From NCBI GenBank assembly GCA_963783385.1, contig CAWANJ010000007.1, positions 160,001-224,000 on the forward strand: a stretch of DNA of 64,000 bases. The letters are read 5' to 3'. Positions 41,449-52,605 of the stretch are shown here, piece after piece. Below the pieces are notes generated by a model. That model made no database searches. It was given only the letters and a program-made list of their open reading frames with translations, and had not been told where the DNA came from. Every line of letters starts with the position of its first letter. Position 1 is the stretch's first letter. The position numbers and the translations under genes were made by a program. This DNA is from an uncultured Gemmatimonadales bacterium. GTDB lineage: Bacteria; Gemmatimonadota; Gemmatimonadetes; Palauibacterales; Palauibacteraceae.

Positions 41449-41928
41449 CTAGCTCGACGCTGCGCCCATCGCATCGGCGGCCCGCTGGACGGCTCGCACG
41501 ATGTTCTGGTAGCCGGTGCAACGGCACAGGTTGCCCTCCAGCCCGTGCCGGATCTCGGCCTCGCTCGGGTCCGGGTGATCCTCGAGGAGCTGGTGGGCGG
41601 CCATGATCATCCCCGGGGTGCAGAAGCCGCACTGGAGCCCGTGCTCCTCCCAGAACGCCTCCTGGAGCGGGTGCAGCTCGTCCCCGTCCGCGAGCCCCTC
41701 GATCGTGGTGACCTCCGCCCCGTCCGCCTGCGCCGCCAGGACCGTGCACGCCTTCACGGCGCGCCCGTCCAACAGCACGGTGCAGGAGCCGCACAGGCTC
41801 GTCTCACAGCCCACGTGGGTGCCGGTGAGGCCGAGGACGTCCCGGAGGTAGTGGACGAGAAGGAGGCGGGGTTCGATCTGAGAGTCGTGCGGGGTTCCGT
41901 TCACGGTGATGCTGACGGCGGTCTTCAT
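41449..41928 (-). CDS. Form II CoxS-like 2Fe-2S subunit
   Basis: ATG 41928 ([11 protein letters not shown]); [28 protein letters not shown]. Confidence 0.92.
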   Translation of the reverse strand: MKTAVSITVNGTPHDSQIEPRLLLVHYLRDVLGLTGTHVGCETSLCGSCTVLLDGRAVKACTVLAAQADGAEVTTIEGLADGDELHPLQEAFWEEHGLQCGFCTPGMIMAAHQLLEDHPDPSEAEIRHGLEGNLCRCTGYQNIVRAVQRAADAMGAASS

Positions 41929-42057
41929 GCGGTCCTCCCGCTGGACGGCGCGGCGGCGGCTGCGGCTTGGCCCGGCCGGAGCCGCGTCGTACGATATCGG
42001 TGCCCGCCGGACGGGGGATATTAAGATTTGCGCGCGGCGGAGTCCACGGGGGAGTCC

Positions 42058-43098
42058 ATGAGCATCGACGAGGTACTGGCGCCGCTGCGCAGCTGGTCGG
42101 CCGAGGGGCGGCGCGCCGGGGTCGCGACCCTGGTGCGCGTGCGACGCTCCGCTCCGCGCCTGCCGGGAGCGAGGTTCGCGGTCAGCGAGGACGGCCGCCT
42201 GGCCGGCTCGGTCTCCAGCGGCTGCGTAGAGGGGGACCTGCACGAGCACATCGGCCAGCTGCTGGCGGGTGGGGAGCCCCGACTCGTCCACTATGGCATC
42301 ACCGACGAGATGGCGGCCGACGTGGGCCTGGCGTGCGGGGGCGAGATCGATGTCCTGGTGGCGCCGCACGATCCCTCCAGTCCGGTGTGGAGCGCGCTCG
42401 GGGACGTGCTGGACCGGCGCGGAGCGGCCCTCCTGGTCACCGGCCTCTCCGAAGGCATCCGGGGCCGTGCGCTGCTCGAGGAGGCGGAGGGTCGTCGATT
42501 CGGGGGGCTGGGGGACACGGCCCTGGACGAGGCCGCGCTGGAGGCGGCGCGTCCCCTGCTGACCACCGGAGGGACCGGGGTGGTCGATCTGGAGGATCCT
42601 CCGGCCACCCTGTTCCTCGAGGCCTTCCTGCCACCCCCGCGGCTGGCCATCGTGGGCGCGAGCCCGGTGGCGCAGGCGCTCTGCCACCTGGCGGCCTGGC
42701 TCGGCGACGAGGTCACGGTCGTGGACCCGCGCGCGGCCTTCGCGGACCCGGCCAGGTTTCCCGAGGCGGCCCGCGTCGTCCGCGCCTGGCCCGAGGAAGG
42801 CCTGGCGGAAGCCGGGCTGGACCGCTGGCTGGACGTGGTGGTGCTGGCCCACGACCGGAAGCTCGACGTCCCGGCGCTGGAGACCGCGCTGCGGGCCGGG
42901 TGTCGGTACGTGGGCCAGATCGGCGGGTCCCGCACCCAGCGCCTTCGCCGCGAAGCCCTCGAGGAGCGCGGTGTGGACGAGGCGGCCATCGACCGCATCC
43001 GCGGTCCGGTGGGGCTCGACATCGGAGCCCTCGGTCCCGGGGAGATCGCCGTGGCCATCCTGGCGGAGCTGGTCGCCGTGAGGCGGGGCAGGGCGTGA
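42058..43098 (+). CDS. XdhC/CoxI-family Moco insertion chaperone
   Basis: [36 protein letters not shown]. Confidence 0.9.
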   Translation: MSIDEVLAPLRSWSAEGRRAGVATLVRVRRSAPRLPGARFAVSEDGRLAGSVSSGCVEGDLHEHIGQLLAGGEPRLVHYGITDEMAADVGLACGGEIDVLVAPHDPSSPVWSALGDVLDRRGAALLVTGLSEGIRGRALLEEAEGRRFGGLGDTALDEAALEAARPLLTTGGTGVVDLEDPPATLFLEAFLPPPRLAIVGASPVAQALCHLAAWLGDEVTVVDPRAAFADPARFPEAARVVRAWPEEGLAEAGLDRWLDVVVLAHDRKLDVPALETALRAGCRYVGQIGGSRTQRLRREALEERGVDEAAIDRIRGPVGLDIGALGPGEIAVAILAELVAVRRGRA

Positions 43099-43757
43099 CG
43101 GCGACTCCTCCCGAACGGGCCCGGGTGGCGGGCCTGGTGCTGGCGGCCGGTGCATCGAGCCGCCTGCACGGAGGCTCGAAGCTGCTGCTGCCCTATGCGG
43201 GCGGGCCGCTGGTCGCGGCTCCCGTGCGGGCGGCGCTGGACGCCGGCCTGGATCCCGTGGTCGTCGTCGTGGGACACCGGGGCGCGGAAGTGCGCGCCGG
43301 CCTCGCGTCGCTCGAGGACGCGGCGGGTCGGGTGAGGGTCGCTGCCGTGACGGATCCGTCGCTCGGGCAGGCCTCCTCCCTGTCGGCCGGGATCGGGGCC
43401 CTCGAGGCGGAGCCGGAGGTCGAGGCGGCGGCGGTCCTCCTGGGCGACGAGCCCGGTGTGCGGGCGGAGGACATCCGGCGGGTCGTGGAGGTGTGGCGCC
43501 GGGGAGGGACGGCGGTCGTCCGGGCCCGCTACCGGGACCGCCCGGGCCATCCCGTGGTGTTCGGCCGGAGCTGGTTCGCGCGTCTCGCGGGACTGACGGG
43601 GGACCATGGCGCCGGGGGGCTCCTCGAGACCCGCCGGGACGACGTGATCGAGGCGAGGCTTCCGGGCACCGCTCCCGTGGACGTGGACACGCGGGAGGAC
43701 TACGCCGCAGCCGCCCGGCGGGCGGGGATCGAGCGGGATGGGGGCGTCTCGTCGTGA
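43095..43757 (+). CDS. mocA: Molybdenum cofactor cytidylyltransferase (MocA-like)
   Basis: [10 protein letters not shown]...[30 protein letters not shown]; next to xdhC and MCD-dependent enzymes. Confidence 0.82.
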   Translation: MTATPPERARVAGLVLAAGASSRLHGGSKLLLPYAGGPLVAAPVRAALDAGLDPVVVVVGHRGAEVRAGLASLEDAAGRVRVAAVTDPSLGQASSLSAGIGALEAEPEVEAAAVLLGDEPGVRAEDIRRVVEVWRRGGTAVVRARYRDRPGHPVVFGRSWFARLAGLTGDHGAGGLLETRRDDVIEARLPGTAPVDVDTREDYAAAARRAGIERDGGVSS

Positions 43758-44764
43758 GCGCAGGCCGGGGCGCCATCGCCGTGGTGGCCTCGGCGGCCCT
43801 CCTCGCCGGCGGCTGCCGCCGGGTGGGCCGCGCCGGAGAGCCGGTGGACGTGGTGTACGCCGCTTCTCTCACCGCCGCCATGGAGCAGGCGATCGGCCCG
43901 GCATTCCGGGCGAGCGCGGGACGCGGCTTCCGCGGCGTCGCTCGGGGCTCCACGGCGGGGGCCCACCAGATCCGGGACGGTGTCCTCCAGGCCGACGCCT
44001 ACATCACCGCCGATCCGGGCACCCTCTCGGGGCTGGGGCCGTCCGATCCGGGGTGGGCGATCGCCTTCGCGACCGGGGAGCTGGCGCTGGGCTACCGGAA
44101 GGACGGCCGTTTCGCGCCCGCCCTGGACAGCGCGTCTCGGGGACGGGTGGCGTGGTGGCGCGTGCTGGAACGGCCGGGCTTTCGGTTCGGACGAACCGAT
44201 CCGGCGCTGGACCCCAAGGGATACCGGACGCTGTGGCTGTTCCGGCTGGCGGCCCGCCGGTACGACGCCCCGGGCCTGGCCGACCGCCTCCCGGGAGGAG
44301 AGCGCCAGCTGTTCCCCGAGGACCAGCTGGCCGCGCGCGTGGAGACCGGCCAGCTGGACGCCGGCGTCTTCTACCTGTCGGAAGCACGCGCCCAGGGCCT
44401 GGCGGTGGTCCGCCTGCCGCCCGAGGTGAGCCTGGGTGATCCGGCCTGTGCCGACCTGTACCGGACGATGACGTACCGCGCTCCGGACGGCACCGAGTTC
44501 CGGGGAGGGACCATCCTGTACGCCGCCACGGTGCCGGTCGGCGCCCCGGACGCGGCCGCCGGCGACCGCTTCCTGAGCTTCCTCCTCTCCGACCGTGGCC
44601 GCGCGGAGCTCGCGGCCCGCGGTTACGAGCCGACGGCATCCCTGCTGGGGGACACGACGCGGGCGCCGGAGGAGCTGGCGCGCCTGGTCCGGTCGCGCTC
44701 GACGGGCGCAGACGGCACGGGGATGGGCTCGGCATGTGGAACCGACTCCGCCGGAGCGCCGTGA
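43754..44764 (+). CDS. WtpA/ModA-like molybdate/tungstate-binding lipoprotein
   Basis: Lipobox [45 protein letters not shown]. Confidence 0.78.
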   Translation: MSAGRGAIAVVASAALLAGGCRRVGRAGEPVDVVYAASLTAAMEQAIGPAFRASAGRGFRGVARGSTAGAHQIRDGVLQADAYITADPGTLSGLGPSDPGWAIAFATGELALGYRKDGRFAPALDSASRGRVAWWRVLERPGFRFGRTDPALDPKGYRTLWLFRLAARRYDAPGLADRLPGGERQLFPEDQLAARVETGQLDAGVFYLSEARAQGLAVVRLPPEVSLGDPACADLYRTMTYRAPDGTEFRGGTILYAATVPVGAPDAAAGDRFLSFLLSDRGRAELAARGYEPTASLLGDTTRAPEELARLVRSRSTGADGTGMGSACGTDSAGAP

Positions 44765-45705
44765 GCGCGGCCGGTGGGCGTCGCAGCGTGTGGGTGGCAC
44801 TCGTCGCCAACCTCCTCATCGCCGTCACCAAGTTCGTGGCCGCCGCGGTGAGCGGGAGCTCGGCGCTGTTCGCCGAGGGAATCCACTCGGTCGTCGACAC
44901 CGGGAACCAGGGTCTCCTCCTGCTGGGGATCTCACGGGGAGCCCGACCGCCGGACGAGGAGCACCCGTTCGGGCACGGGCGCGAGGTCTACTTCTGGAGC
45001 TTCGTGGTCGCGCTCCTCGTGTTCGCTGTCGGCGCCGGCGTGTCCCTGTACGAGGGGGTGATCCACGTCCTGGACCCGGCACCGATCCGGGACCTGGTGG
45101 TCAACTACATCGTGCTCGGGGTGGCCTTTCTGTTCGAGGCGGGGTCCCTCGTGGTGGCGGGCCGCGAGTTCCGCGAGCGCTCGGAAGGTCGAGGCTTCTT
45201 CCGGACGATCCGCGAGAGCAAGGACCCGACGGTGTACACGGTCGTCCTCGAGGACGGGGCGGCCCTGGTGGGGCTCGCTTTCGCCTTCGCGGGTAACCTC
45301 CTGTTCGATCTCACGGGAGCGCCCGCCTGGGATGGCGTGGCGTCGCTGGCGATCGGCGGTCTGTTGGCGGCGATCGCCGCGTGGCTGGCGCACGAGACGC
45401 AGGGGCTCCTGATCGGGGAGGCGGCGAATGACCGCGTGCGCGACACGATCCGAGGGCTGGTCGAGCGCCAGAGCGGGGTGGCGGCCGCGCGCCGGATGCT
45501 GACCACGCACCTGGGGCCCGAGGAGATCCTGGTCAACCTGTCGGTCGACTTCGATGACGGCCGCTCGGCGGCCGACGTGGAGGCTGCCACTCGCCAGCTC
45601 ACGTCCCGCATCCGGGAGGCGCTCCCCCAGGTCCGCTGGGTGTTCGTGGAGACGACCGGCGACGAGGAGCCCGGGAGCGAGCCCGGCCTCCCCGGGTCGT
45701 CTTAG
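44761..45705 (+). CDS. Cation diffusion facilitator (CDF) transporter
   Basis: ANLLIAVTKF, AEGIHSVVDTGNQ, HPFGHGRE, VLEDGAA; GTGA overlap with the upstream gene (alternative start at 44734). Confidence 0.92.
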   Translation: MSAAGGRRSVWVALVANLLIAVTKFVAAAVSGSSALFAEGIHSVVDTGNQGLLLLGISRGARPPDEEHPFGHGREVYFWSFVVALLVFAVGAGVSLYEGVIHVLDPAPIRDLVVNYIVLGVAFLFEAGSLVVAGREFRERSEGRGFFRTIRESKDPTVYTVVLEDGAALVGLAFAFAGNLLFDLTGAPAWDGVASLAIGGLLAAIAAWLAHETQGLLIGEAANDRVRDTIRGLVERQSGVAAARRMLTTHLGPEEILVNLSVDFDDGRSAADVEAATRQLTSRIREALPQVRWVFVETTGDEEPGSEPGLPGSS

Positions 45706-45713
45706 GAGCGCTC

Positions 45714-46758
45714 GTGTCCCTCCGCAAGGTCGCGGCCGTGGGGCTGATCGCCGTGTGGGCGGGCTTGCTGCTGTGGCAGGCGCGCCGGCTCTATCTGCGA
45801 CCCGAGGTCGCCAGGGTCGCCACGGCCGCCCGGCGCATCCCCTCCCGGGGTGGCCTACTACGCGGTGAGCCGGGCCGGTCGCCGCGTCGGCTGGGCCCAG
45901 AGCGCCGTCGACACCCTCCCCGGGGGTTCGGGATTCCGTCTCACCGACCGCATCGTGGTGGAGCTCCGGGCGCTGGCGGCGTCGGCGGGCGGCGAGCTGC
46001 CGTCGATCGGACATTCGGACGCCGGGGCCGGGGCAAGCAGCCCGGACGCGGGGCCCGACAGGTCGGCGGCCGGCGGCGCCCCGGGCACCGTCGAGATCCG
46101 GTCGGAGGCCCGGGTCGGGCCGACCCTGGCGCTGCAGTGGTTCCGCGCCACCTCCACCGGGCTCCTGGGAGGGCTGTCGGCGCGCGGCGACGTCGAGGGT
46201 GACTCTCTGCTCCTGCTGCAGGCCACCGACTCGGCGGGCCGGGGGCGCGGGCCGGTCGACACGGTGCGGACGCACGGTCCCATCGTGTTCGAGAACGCGG
46301 TGCCGCTCCGGGTGGCGGCCGAGCAGCGGGCCGGAGCGCGCGACAGCCTGCGCGTGCGCGTGTTCGACCCGCTCGCCATGGCCCCGCGCACCGTGACCCT
46401 CCGCATCCTCGAGCGGGCCACCCGGACGTATCCGGACAGCGCCGACCGGGACTCGGTGAGCGGTCGGTGGGTGGCGGCCCGGCTCGACACGGTGAGGGCC
46501 TGGAAGGTGGCCCGGGAGCAGGGGGGGCTGAGCCTGACCTCCTGGGTGGACGAAGATGGCCGCATCCTGGAGGCGGACGTGGGCGGTCTGGAGCTACGGC
46601 GTACGGCGTTCGAGCTGGCGTACTACGGGTTCGAGGCGCTGGAGAACACCGGTCCGGAGAGGGGCCCCGCCGGGAGACCCGGGGCCGATGTCGGCGCGGC
46701 GGACACCACCGGCGGACCGGGACGTGAACGGGACACCGGCACGGGAGGCGGCGGATGA
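45714..46758 (+). pseudogene. Membrane-anchored hypothetical protein, frameshifted near 45840
   Basis: N-terminal TM (VAAVGLIAVWAGLLLW) joins VAYYAV...VGWAQS..DT if one C is removed from the run at 45839-45842; coupled to the ABC ATPase. Confidence 0.55.
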
Positions 46759-47525
46759 TCCGGGTCGAGGGCCTCGTGAAGAAGTACGGCGAGTTCGTGG
46801 CCGTGGACGGAGTCGACCTCTCGGTCGGCTCCGGCGAAATCGTCGGCCTGCTCGGCCCCAACGGGGCGGGAAAGACGACCACCCTTCGGGTGATCGTGGG
46901 GATCCTCGAGGCCGACGACGGCCGGGTGGAGGTGGATGGGTACGACGTGTCTCGCCAGCCCCTGGATGCCAAGCGGCGCCTGGGCTTCGTGCCCGACCGC
47001 CCGTTCGTGTACGAGAAGCTCACGGGCGAGGAGCTGCTGCGATTCTCGGCGGGCCTGCGCGGACGCGTCGGCCCCGAGGTGGACCGGCGCATCGACGAGC
47101 TCCTCGAGCTCTGGGACCTGGAGCCGTGGCGGGACGAGCTGGTGGAGTCTTACAGCCACGGAATGCGCCAGAAGCTCATCCTCTCCTCGGCCCTCGTCCA
47201 CGGACCCTCCACCCTGGTCATCGACGAGCCAATGGTGGGTCTCGATCCGGCCGCCGCGCGGCTCCTGAAGCGGCTTCTCCGCCAGTTCGCCGACCAGGGA
47301 GGGGCGGCGCTGATCTCCACCCACACGCTCGAGTTCGCCGAGGCGCTATGCGACCGGCTGGAGGTGATCCGGAGCGGCACCATCCTGGCCCGCGGCACGA
47401 TGGAGGAGTTGCGCCGGCAGGCGGCGACCGAGAGCGGGGACCTCGAGGAGGTGTTCCTGCGCCTGGTGGGGGGCCTCGAGGAGCGCCGGATCGCGCGAGC
47501 GCTCACCGGGGATCCGCGGACGTGA
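46755..47525 (+). CDS. ABC transporter ATP-binding protein
   Basis: GPNGAGKTT, YSHGMRQK, VIDEPMVGLD, STH. Confidence 0.93.
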   Translation: MIRVEGLVKKYGEFVAVDGVDLSVGSGEIVGLLGPNGAGKTTTLRVIVGILEADDGRVEVDGYDVSRQPLDAKRRLGFVPDRPFVYEKLTGEELLRFSAGLRGRVGPEVDRRIDELLELWDLEPWRDELVESYSHGMRQKLILSSALVHGPSTLVIDEPMVGLDPAAARLLKRLLRQFADQGGAALISTHTLEFAEALCDRLEVIRSGTILARGTMEELRRQAATESGDLEEVFLRLVGGLEERRIARALTGDPRT

Positions 47526-49216
47526 GGACCTGGCGGGAGTTCACCTGGCTGGTGCGGGTCAAGGCCCTGTCGGGCCTGGCGCGCGGGGCGCACGGGGCGG
47601 GGCGGGCGGGCCGCATCGCCCTGGTTCTCGGCGTGGGCGGGCTCACCCTCCCCGGCATCTACCTTCTGCTGGTCCGATTCCTCCGTTCGCTGCAGTCCAC
47701 GGCCGAGGTGGGTCCGCTGCTGGCGGCCAAGCTGCTCGGCCTGGGGCTCATGCTCCTCCTGTCCATCCTGCTCCTGTCCAACCTGATCGCCGCGCTGTCG
47801 AGCTTCTTCCTGGCGCGCGACCTTCCGATCATCCTGGCGGCGCCCGTGGACTGGCTGGCGGTGTACGGCGCCCGCCTGGTCGAGACGGGTGTGAGCTCGT
47901 CGTGGATGGTGGCGCTCGTTCTCGTGCCGGTTCTGGCGGCGTACGGGAGGGTGTACGGCGCCGGGCCGGCCTACGTGGGCTATGCCGTCCTGGTCATCGT
48001 GCCGCTGCTCGTGATCCCCGCGGCGGCCGGGAGCGCCGTCACCCTCCTCCTGGTCCGGGTGTTCCCGGCTCGCCGGACCCGGGACCTGCTCGGGGTGATC
48101 GCGGCCGCGGGCGTGGCGCTCCTGGTCCTCGGGCTCCGTATGCTCCGGCCGGAGCGGCTCGTGAACCCGGAGGGCTTCCGCAACCTCATGGACTTCCTGG
48201 CCGTCCTGCGCGGACCGTCCTCTCCCTGGCTGCCATCCCAGTGGACGGCGGACGCCCTCATGGGCTTCCTCCGGGGCCGCGCGGATCCCTTCCTCCCCCT
48301 GCTCCTGTGGGGGACGGCCGGGGGCGTGACCGCCCTCGGCGCCGTCCTCCACCAGCAGCACTACTCGACCTGCTACACGCGGGCCCAGGAGGGCGCCACG
48401 CGGCGAGTACGCTGGGGCCGGGTGTGGAACGGGCTCGGTCGGCTGCTCCGACCCCTGGGACCGCAGCGCCGAGAACTCGTGCTGAAGGACGCCCGCGTGT
48501 TCTTCCGGGACGCGACCCAGTGGTCGCAGCTCATCATCCTCGGCGTGCTCGTGGTCGTCTACGTCTACAACATGCGGGTCCTGCCGCTGCGCTCCAGCGA
48601 ATCCGTGGGCCGCTACCTGTCCTCCCTGGTGACCTTCCTGAACGTGGCCCTCACCGGGTTCGTCCTGGCCGCCATCGCGGCGCGCTTCGTGTTCCCGGCC
48701 CTGAGTCTCGAGGGACGGACGCTGTGGCTGCTACGGTCCTCGCCCCTGCCGGCGTCGTCCCTCCTGTGGTCCAAGTTCTGGTCGGGGATGGTGCCGCTCC
48801 TGGTGCTCGCCCTGGCGCTCACCCTGCTCACCACGGCCGGGCTCGGCGTGGGCCCCGAGGTCACAGTCCTGTCGGTCGTCACGGTCACGGGCCTCACCGC
48901 CACCTTCACGGCTCAGGCGCTGGCCTGGGGCATCGCCTACCCCAAGTTCGAGAGCGAGAACGCGGCCCAGATCCCGACGTCCATCGGAGGCCTCCTGTTC
49001 ATGCTCGGCGCCCTGCTGACGCTGGGGGTGGTGGTCGCCTTCCAGCTGTGGGCCATGCGCGGATGGGTGCGGAGCGGCCTGCCGTGGCGCCGGGCCCGGC
49101 CGCCGTCCGCGGAGGAGATGGGGGTGGCGATCGGCTTCACCGTGGCCCTGTGCGCGGTGAGCGGCGCCCTGGCCTACCGGGACGCGCGCCGCCGGCTGGA
49201 ACGGCTGGAGGCGTAG
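47522..49216 (+). CDS. Putative ABC-2-type exporter permease
   Basis: Many TM helices; KDARVFFRD, RFVFPALSLEG..LWLLRSSP; GTGA coupling to the ATPase. Confidence 0.8.
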   Translation: MRTWREFTWLVRVKALSGLARGAHGAGRAGRIALVLGVGGLTLPGIYLLLVRFLRSLQSTAEVGPLLAAKLLGLGLMLLLSILLLSNLIAALSSFFLARDLPIILAAPVDWLAVYGARLVETGVSSSWMVALVLVPVLAAYGRVYGAGPAYVGYAVLVIVPLLVIPAAAGSAVTLLLVRVFPARRTRDLLGVIAAAGVALLVLGLRMLRPERLVNPEGFRNLMDFLAVLRGPSSPWLPSQWTADALMGFLRGRADPFLPLLLWGTAGGVTALGAVLHQQHYSTCYTRAQEGATRRVRWGRVWNGLGRLLRPLGPQRRELVLKDARVFFRDATQWSQLIILGVLVVVYVYNMRVLPLRSSESVGRYLSSLVTFLNVALTGFVLAAIAARFVFPALSLEGRTLWLLRSSPLPASSLLWSKFWSGMVPLLVLALALTLLTTAGLGVGPEVTVLSVVTVTGLTATFTAQALAWGIAYPKFESENAAQIPTSIGGLLFMLGALLTLGVVVAFQLWAMRGWVRSGLPWRRARPPSAEEMGVAIGFTVALCAVSGALAYRDARRRLERLEA

Positions 49217-49246
49217 CGCGGGGCCTCCGCTGCGCCCCCGAAGGTC

Positions 49247-50356
49247 CTAGCGCCGCTCCCGGTGGATGGGCCACCGGTCCACCACCTCCTCGCCCACCAA
49301 CACGTGGTAGGCGTCGAAGCAGGCCGCGGCGAGGCAGGAGTGGTTGGGCAGCACGCGGACGCGCGTCCCGTAGGGTAGCCGCCCGCGGACGATGCCGTGC
49401 TCCTGGCTCAGGGAGACGAGCCTGACGTCGGGACGGAGCGTGCCGGGCCCGTCGGCGGCGAAGATCTCCCCCATGGAGCGCGGGCTCTCCCCCGCCCGCC
49501 CGCCGGCTCCCGGGTCCGCCGACAGGGCCAGCGCGCCGGTGTCCACCACGCAGTGGTCCGATGCGGGCTGGGAGGAGACGACCGTGGCGGCCACGCTGAG
49601 CGCGCAGTCCGCGGCCGTGCACGAGCCCAGGACCACCTGGGTGTAGTCGTAGAACGCGTAGTTGCCGGGCCGGGCCTCGTCGACCCCCTCGAGCGACCTG
49701 GCGGCGGACATGGCCGGGGTGGACCCGACGCTTACGGCGGGCACCTCGATCCCGGCCGACCGGAGGCGTTCCGCGGCGCCCGCCATGACGCTGCGCTCCT
49801 CCTCGGCGGCCGCTGCCAGCGCCTCCCGTCCACGGGCGTGGTACGCCTGTCCGGAGTGCGTGAGAAGCCCGTCGAACACGAGCGTGCGCGAGGACGCCAG
49901 GGCGTCGGCCAGCTCCGCGAGCCGGGTCCCCCCGGGGTCGAGTCCCGCGCGTCCGTACCCGCAGTCGACCTTCAGCCACACGTGGAAAGGGTGGCCGGAG
50001 GCCTCCAGCGACCGGATGGCCTCGGGGCCGTCGGCCAGGACCCGGAGACGCGCCCTCTCCCCGTCCACACGAGACGCCTCCTCGATGCGGCCCGGGATGA
50101 CCGGGAACGCCCAGGTCATGTCGTCGAAGCCGGCCGCCGCGAAGGCCCGGGCCTCCTCCAGCGTCGAGACCGTGATGCCCCGGGCGCCCCGTTCGCGCTG
50201 CAGCCGTCCAATCTCGATGCACTTGTGAGTCTTGATGTGCGGACGCAGGTGGACTCCGAGGGCGTCGGCGCGTCCGGCCATCCGGTCCAGGTTGCGCTCC
50301 AGGACCTCGAGGTCGAGGAGGAGGGCGGGCGTGGGCAGGTCGTGGATGGTCGTCAT
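49247..50356 (-). CDS. DSD1/D-threonine aldolase-like fold III PLP enzyme
   Basis: LPTPALLLD, LRPHIKTHK, GSTP, RPGNY.FYD, SQEHG, PNHSC. Confidence 0.9.
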   Translation of the reverse strand: MTTIHDLPTPALLLDLEVLERNLDRMAGRADALGVHLRPHIKTHKCIEIGRLQRERGARGITVSTLEEARAFAAAGFDDMTWAFPVIPGRIEEASRVDGERARLRVLADGPEAIRSLEASGHPFHVWLKVDCGYGRAGLDPGGTRLAELADALASSRTLVFDGLLTHSGQAYHARGREALAAAAEEERSVMAGAAERLRSAGIEVPAVSVGSTPAMSAARSLEGVDEARPGNYAFYDYTQVVLGSCTAADCALSVAATVVSSQPASDHCVVDTGALALSADPGAGGRAGESPRSMGEIFAADGPGTLRPDVRLVSLSQEHGIVRGRLPYGTRVRVLPNHSCLAAACFDAYHVLVGEEVVDRWPIHRERR

Positions 50357-50508
50357 GACGGGCAAGGTAGGCGGGGGGCGCGGCGGCCGCGACGCCGGGC
50401 TCCCGTGCGTCGCGACGCTGGACCATCGGCCGGCGGGGCCGCATCGTGCGCGGCGGAGCGGGGAGCGAGGGTCGGGGAGGTGGACGTCCCACCGGGAAGG
50501 AGGTGAGC

Positions 50509-52590
50509 GTGGAGGGTCGCGGACCGGGCGGGAGGTCGGATCGAAAGCTCCCCCGCGTGTTCTACCTGCTGGCGGGCCTGGTGCTCGTCTACTTCCTCCT
50601 GCCGCTCGTCCTCTTCCTGCCCGACGTGTCGCTCGCGCGCCTCGGGGCGGAGCTGGCGCGGGGAGGGCTGGCGCGCGCCGTCGCCGTGTCGCTGGGCAGC
50701 GCCACCCTGGCCACCGCCCTGGCGGGGCTGTGCGGCGTTCCGCTCGGCTACCTGCTGGCACGGGATGCGGTCCGACCCGCCGGGCTGGTGCGCGTGCTGT
50801 CCCTCGTCCCGCTCGTCCTGCCGCCGATCGCCGCAGGGGTCCTCCTGCTCAACGTGTTCGGGCCCTCGGGTCTCATCGGCGGGCTGCTCCAGGCGGCCGG
50901 ATGGAGCTTCGTCAACGCCTTCGGCGGCATCGTGCTCGCACAGTGCTTCGTGGTGGCTCCCTTCGTGATCCTGTCCGCCGAGGCGGCGTTCCGGGCGCTC
51001 GATCCGACGCTGGAGGAGGCGGCCACCACGCTCGGGCAGTCCAGGGGCCGGGTGTTCCGGCGCGTGTCCCTCCCGCTGGCCCGTCACGGCCTGGCGGCGG
51101 GGCTGGCCCTGGCGTGGACTCGGGCGGCCGGCGAGTTCGGTGCCACGATGGTGCTGGCCTACCATCCCCACTCCCTGCCCGTCTACCTGTGGGTCCAGCT
51201 GACCAGCACCGGTCTCGGCGCCGCCCTGCCCGTGGCCCTCGTGGCCCTGTTCCTGGCGGGAGTCGTGCTCGCCGCCGCGCAGGCGCTGGCGGGGCGGGAG
51301 GGCGCGACGCCGGCCGACCGCAGCCTGCGCGGTCCGGCGCGCCGGGCCGCTGCGAGTCCCGGAGGCGGGCCGCGTCGCTTCGCCGGGAGCGGTGCGCCCG
51401 AAGGGGAAGCGGCGGCCCCGGCGGCCGGCGCTCCCGGTCCCGTCCTCTCCCTGGACGTCGAGCACCGCCTCGGCGACTTCCACCTGCGCGCTCGCCTCGA
51501 GGTGGCGCGGGAGATCGTCACGCTGTTCGGGCCCTCGGGGGCGGGAAAGACCACGCTCCTCCGCCTGGCCGCCGGTCTGGAGCGGCCGAGGAGCGGCCGG
51601 GTGTCGGTAGGCGGACGGGACGCGTTCGCCTCGGAGGACGAGCCGGGCGGCCCCCGCTGGGTCCCGGCCGAGGGCCGGGCCGTGGGCATGGTGTTCCAGC
51701 AACCGGCCCTGTTCCCGCATCTGACGGTGTGGGAGAACGTCCTGTTCGGCGCCGGCGCGCACCCGGGCTCGGCCGCCCGCTCCGAGGCGGTCGAGCTCCT
51801 GGGGATGGTCAGGCTGGACGGCCTGGACACGCGTTATCCCTCCGAGCTGTCGGGCGGACAGCAGCAGCGGGTCGCCCTGGCCCGCGCGCTCCTTCGCCGA
51901 CCGTCCGTTCTCCTCCTGGACGAGCCCTTCTCCGGCCTCGACAGCAACATGAAGGAGCAGCTCCTGCTGGACGTGCACGACATCCAGAGGTCGCGCGGAC
52001 TGGGCGTACTCTACATCACGCACGACCTGCGGGACGCGTGCTCGCTGGGGGACCGCATGGCCGTGATCGCCGACGGGCGCATCGCCCAGGTGGGAGCGCC
52101 CCTGGAGGTCATTCGCCGGCCGGCGAGCCTGGACGTGGCCCGCTTCGTGGGAACTCGGAACCTGCTGCCGGGCCGGGTGGAAGCGGTCGGGGGGGGAACG
52201 GTCGCCGTGAGACTGGAGGGCGGCCCGGTGCTCCACGCCTCGGGCGCTCCCCCCTGCGCCCCCGGCGAGGAAGTGGTCGCCTGTGTCCGCCCCGAGGCCG
52301 TGGACCTGGTCGAGCCGGGCACGACGGAGGAGGGTGAGGGCGCGACCCTCCTGCCGGGCCGTGTCGTCCTCGAGCGGCTGCGCGGGGCGACCTCGACCCT
52401 GACTCTGACCCTGGAAGGCGCGGAGCAGGAGGTCCGGGCCCCGGCGCCGCTGCACGTCGAGGTCGAAGTCCCCGTCCGCTCCTACGAGGCACTCGGGGGA
52501 CATCGGAGGGACCGGTGGGTGCTGCGGATCCGTCCCTCCGTCGTGCACGTCCTGCGCTCGTCGCGCCCCTCCTCGGCCCACGGTCCCTGA
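50509..52590 (+). CDS. Fused molybdate/tungstate ABC permease plus ATPase (ModB-ModC/WtpBC-like) with probable TOBE tail
   Basis: PLVLPP, LEEAATTLG, RAAGEFGAT permease; linker; GPSGAGKTT, LSGGQQQRVALARAL, LLDEPF in one frame; AAGGAGG RBS. Confidence 0.85.
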   Translation: MEGRGPGGRSDRKLPRVFYLLAGLVLVYFLLPLVLFLPDVSLARLGAELARGGLARAVAVSLGSATLATALAGLCGVPLGYLLARDAVRPAGLVRVLSLVPLVLPPIAAGVLLLNVFGPSGLIGGLLQAAGWSFVNAFGGIVLAQCFVVAPFVILSAEAAFRALDPTLEEAATTLGQSRGRVFRRVSLPLARHGLAAGLALAWTRAAGEFGATMVLAYHPHSLPVYLWVQLTSTGLGAALPVALVALFLAGVVLAAAQALAGREGATPADRSLRGPARRAAASPGGGPRRFAGSGAPEGEAAAPAAGAPGPVLSLDVEHRLGDFHLRARLEVAREIVTLFGPSGAGKTTLLRLAAGLERPRSGRVSVGGRDAFASEDEPGGPRWVPAEGRAVGMVFQQPALFPHLTVWENVLFGAGAHPGSAARSEAVELLGMVRLDGLDTRYPSELSGGQQQRVALARALLRRPSVLLLDEPFSGLDSNMKEQLLLDVHDIQRSRGLGVLYITHDLRDACSLGDRMAVIADGRIAQVGAPLEVIRRPASLDVARFVGTRNLLPGRVEAVGGGTVAVRLEGGPVLHASGAPPCAPGEEVVACVRPEAVDLVEPGTTEEGEGATLLPGRVVLERLRGATSTLTLTLEGAEQEVRAPAPLHVEVEVPVRSYEALGGHRRDRWVLRIRPSVVHVLRSSRPSSAHGP

Positions 52591-52605
52591 CGCCCCGATC
52601 CGGAT

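Noticed and set aside
41449-43953. 834-aa ORF suggesting a large fusion to the 2Fe-2S subunit
   Set aside because: The N-terminal extension is antisense to xdhC and mocA. The true start is ATG 41928 with a GGGAGG RBS.
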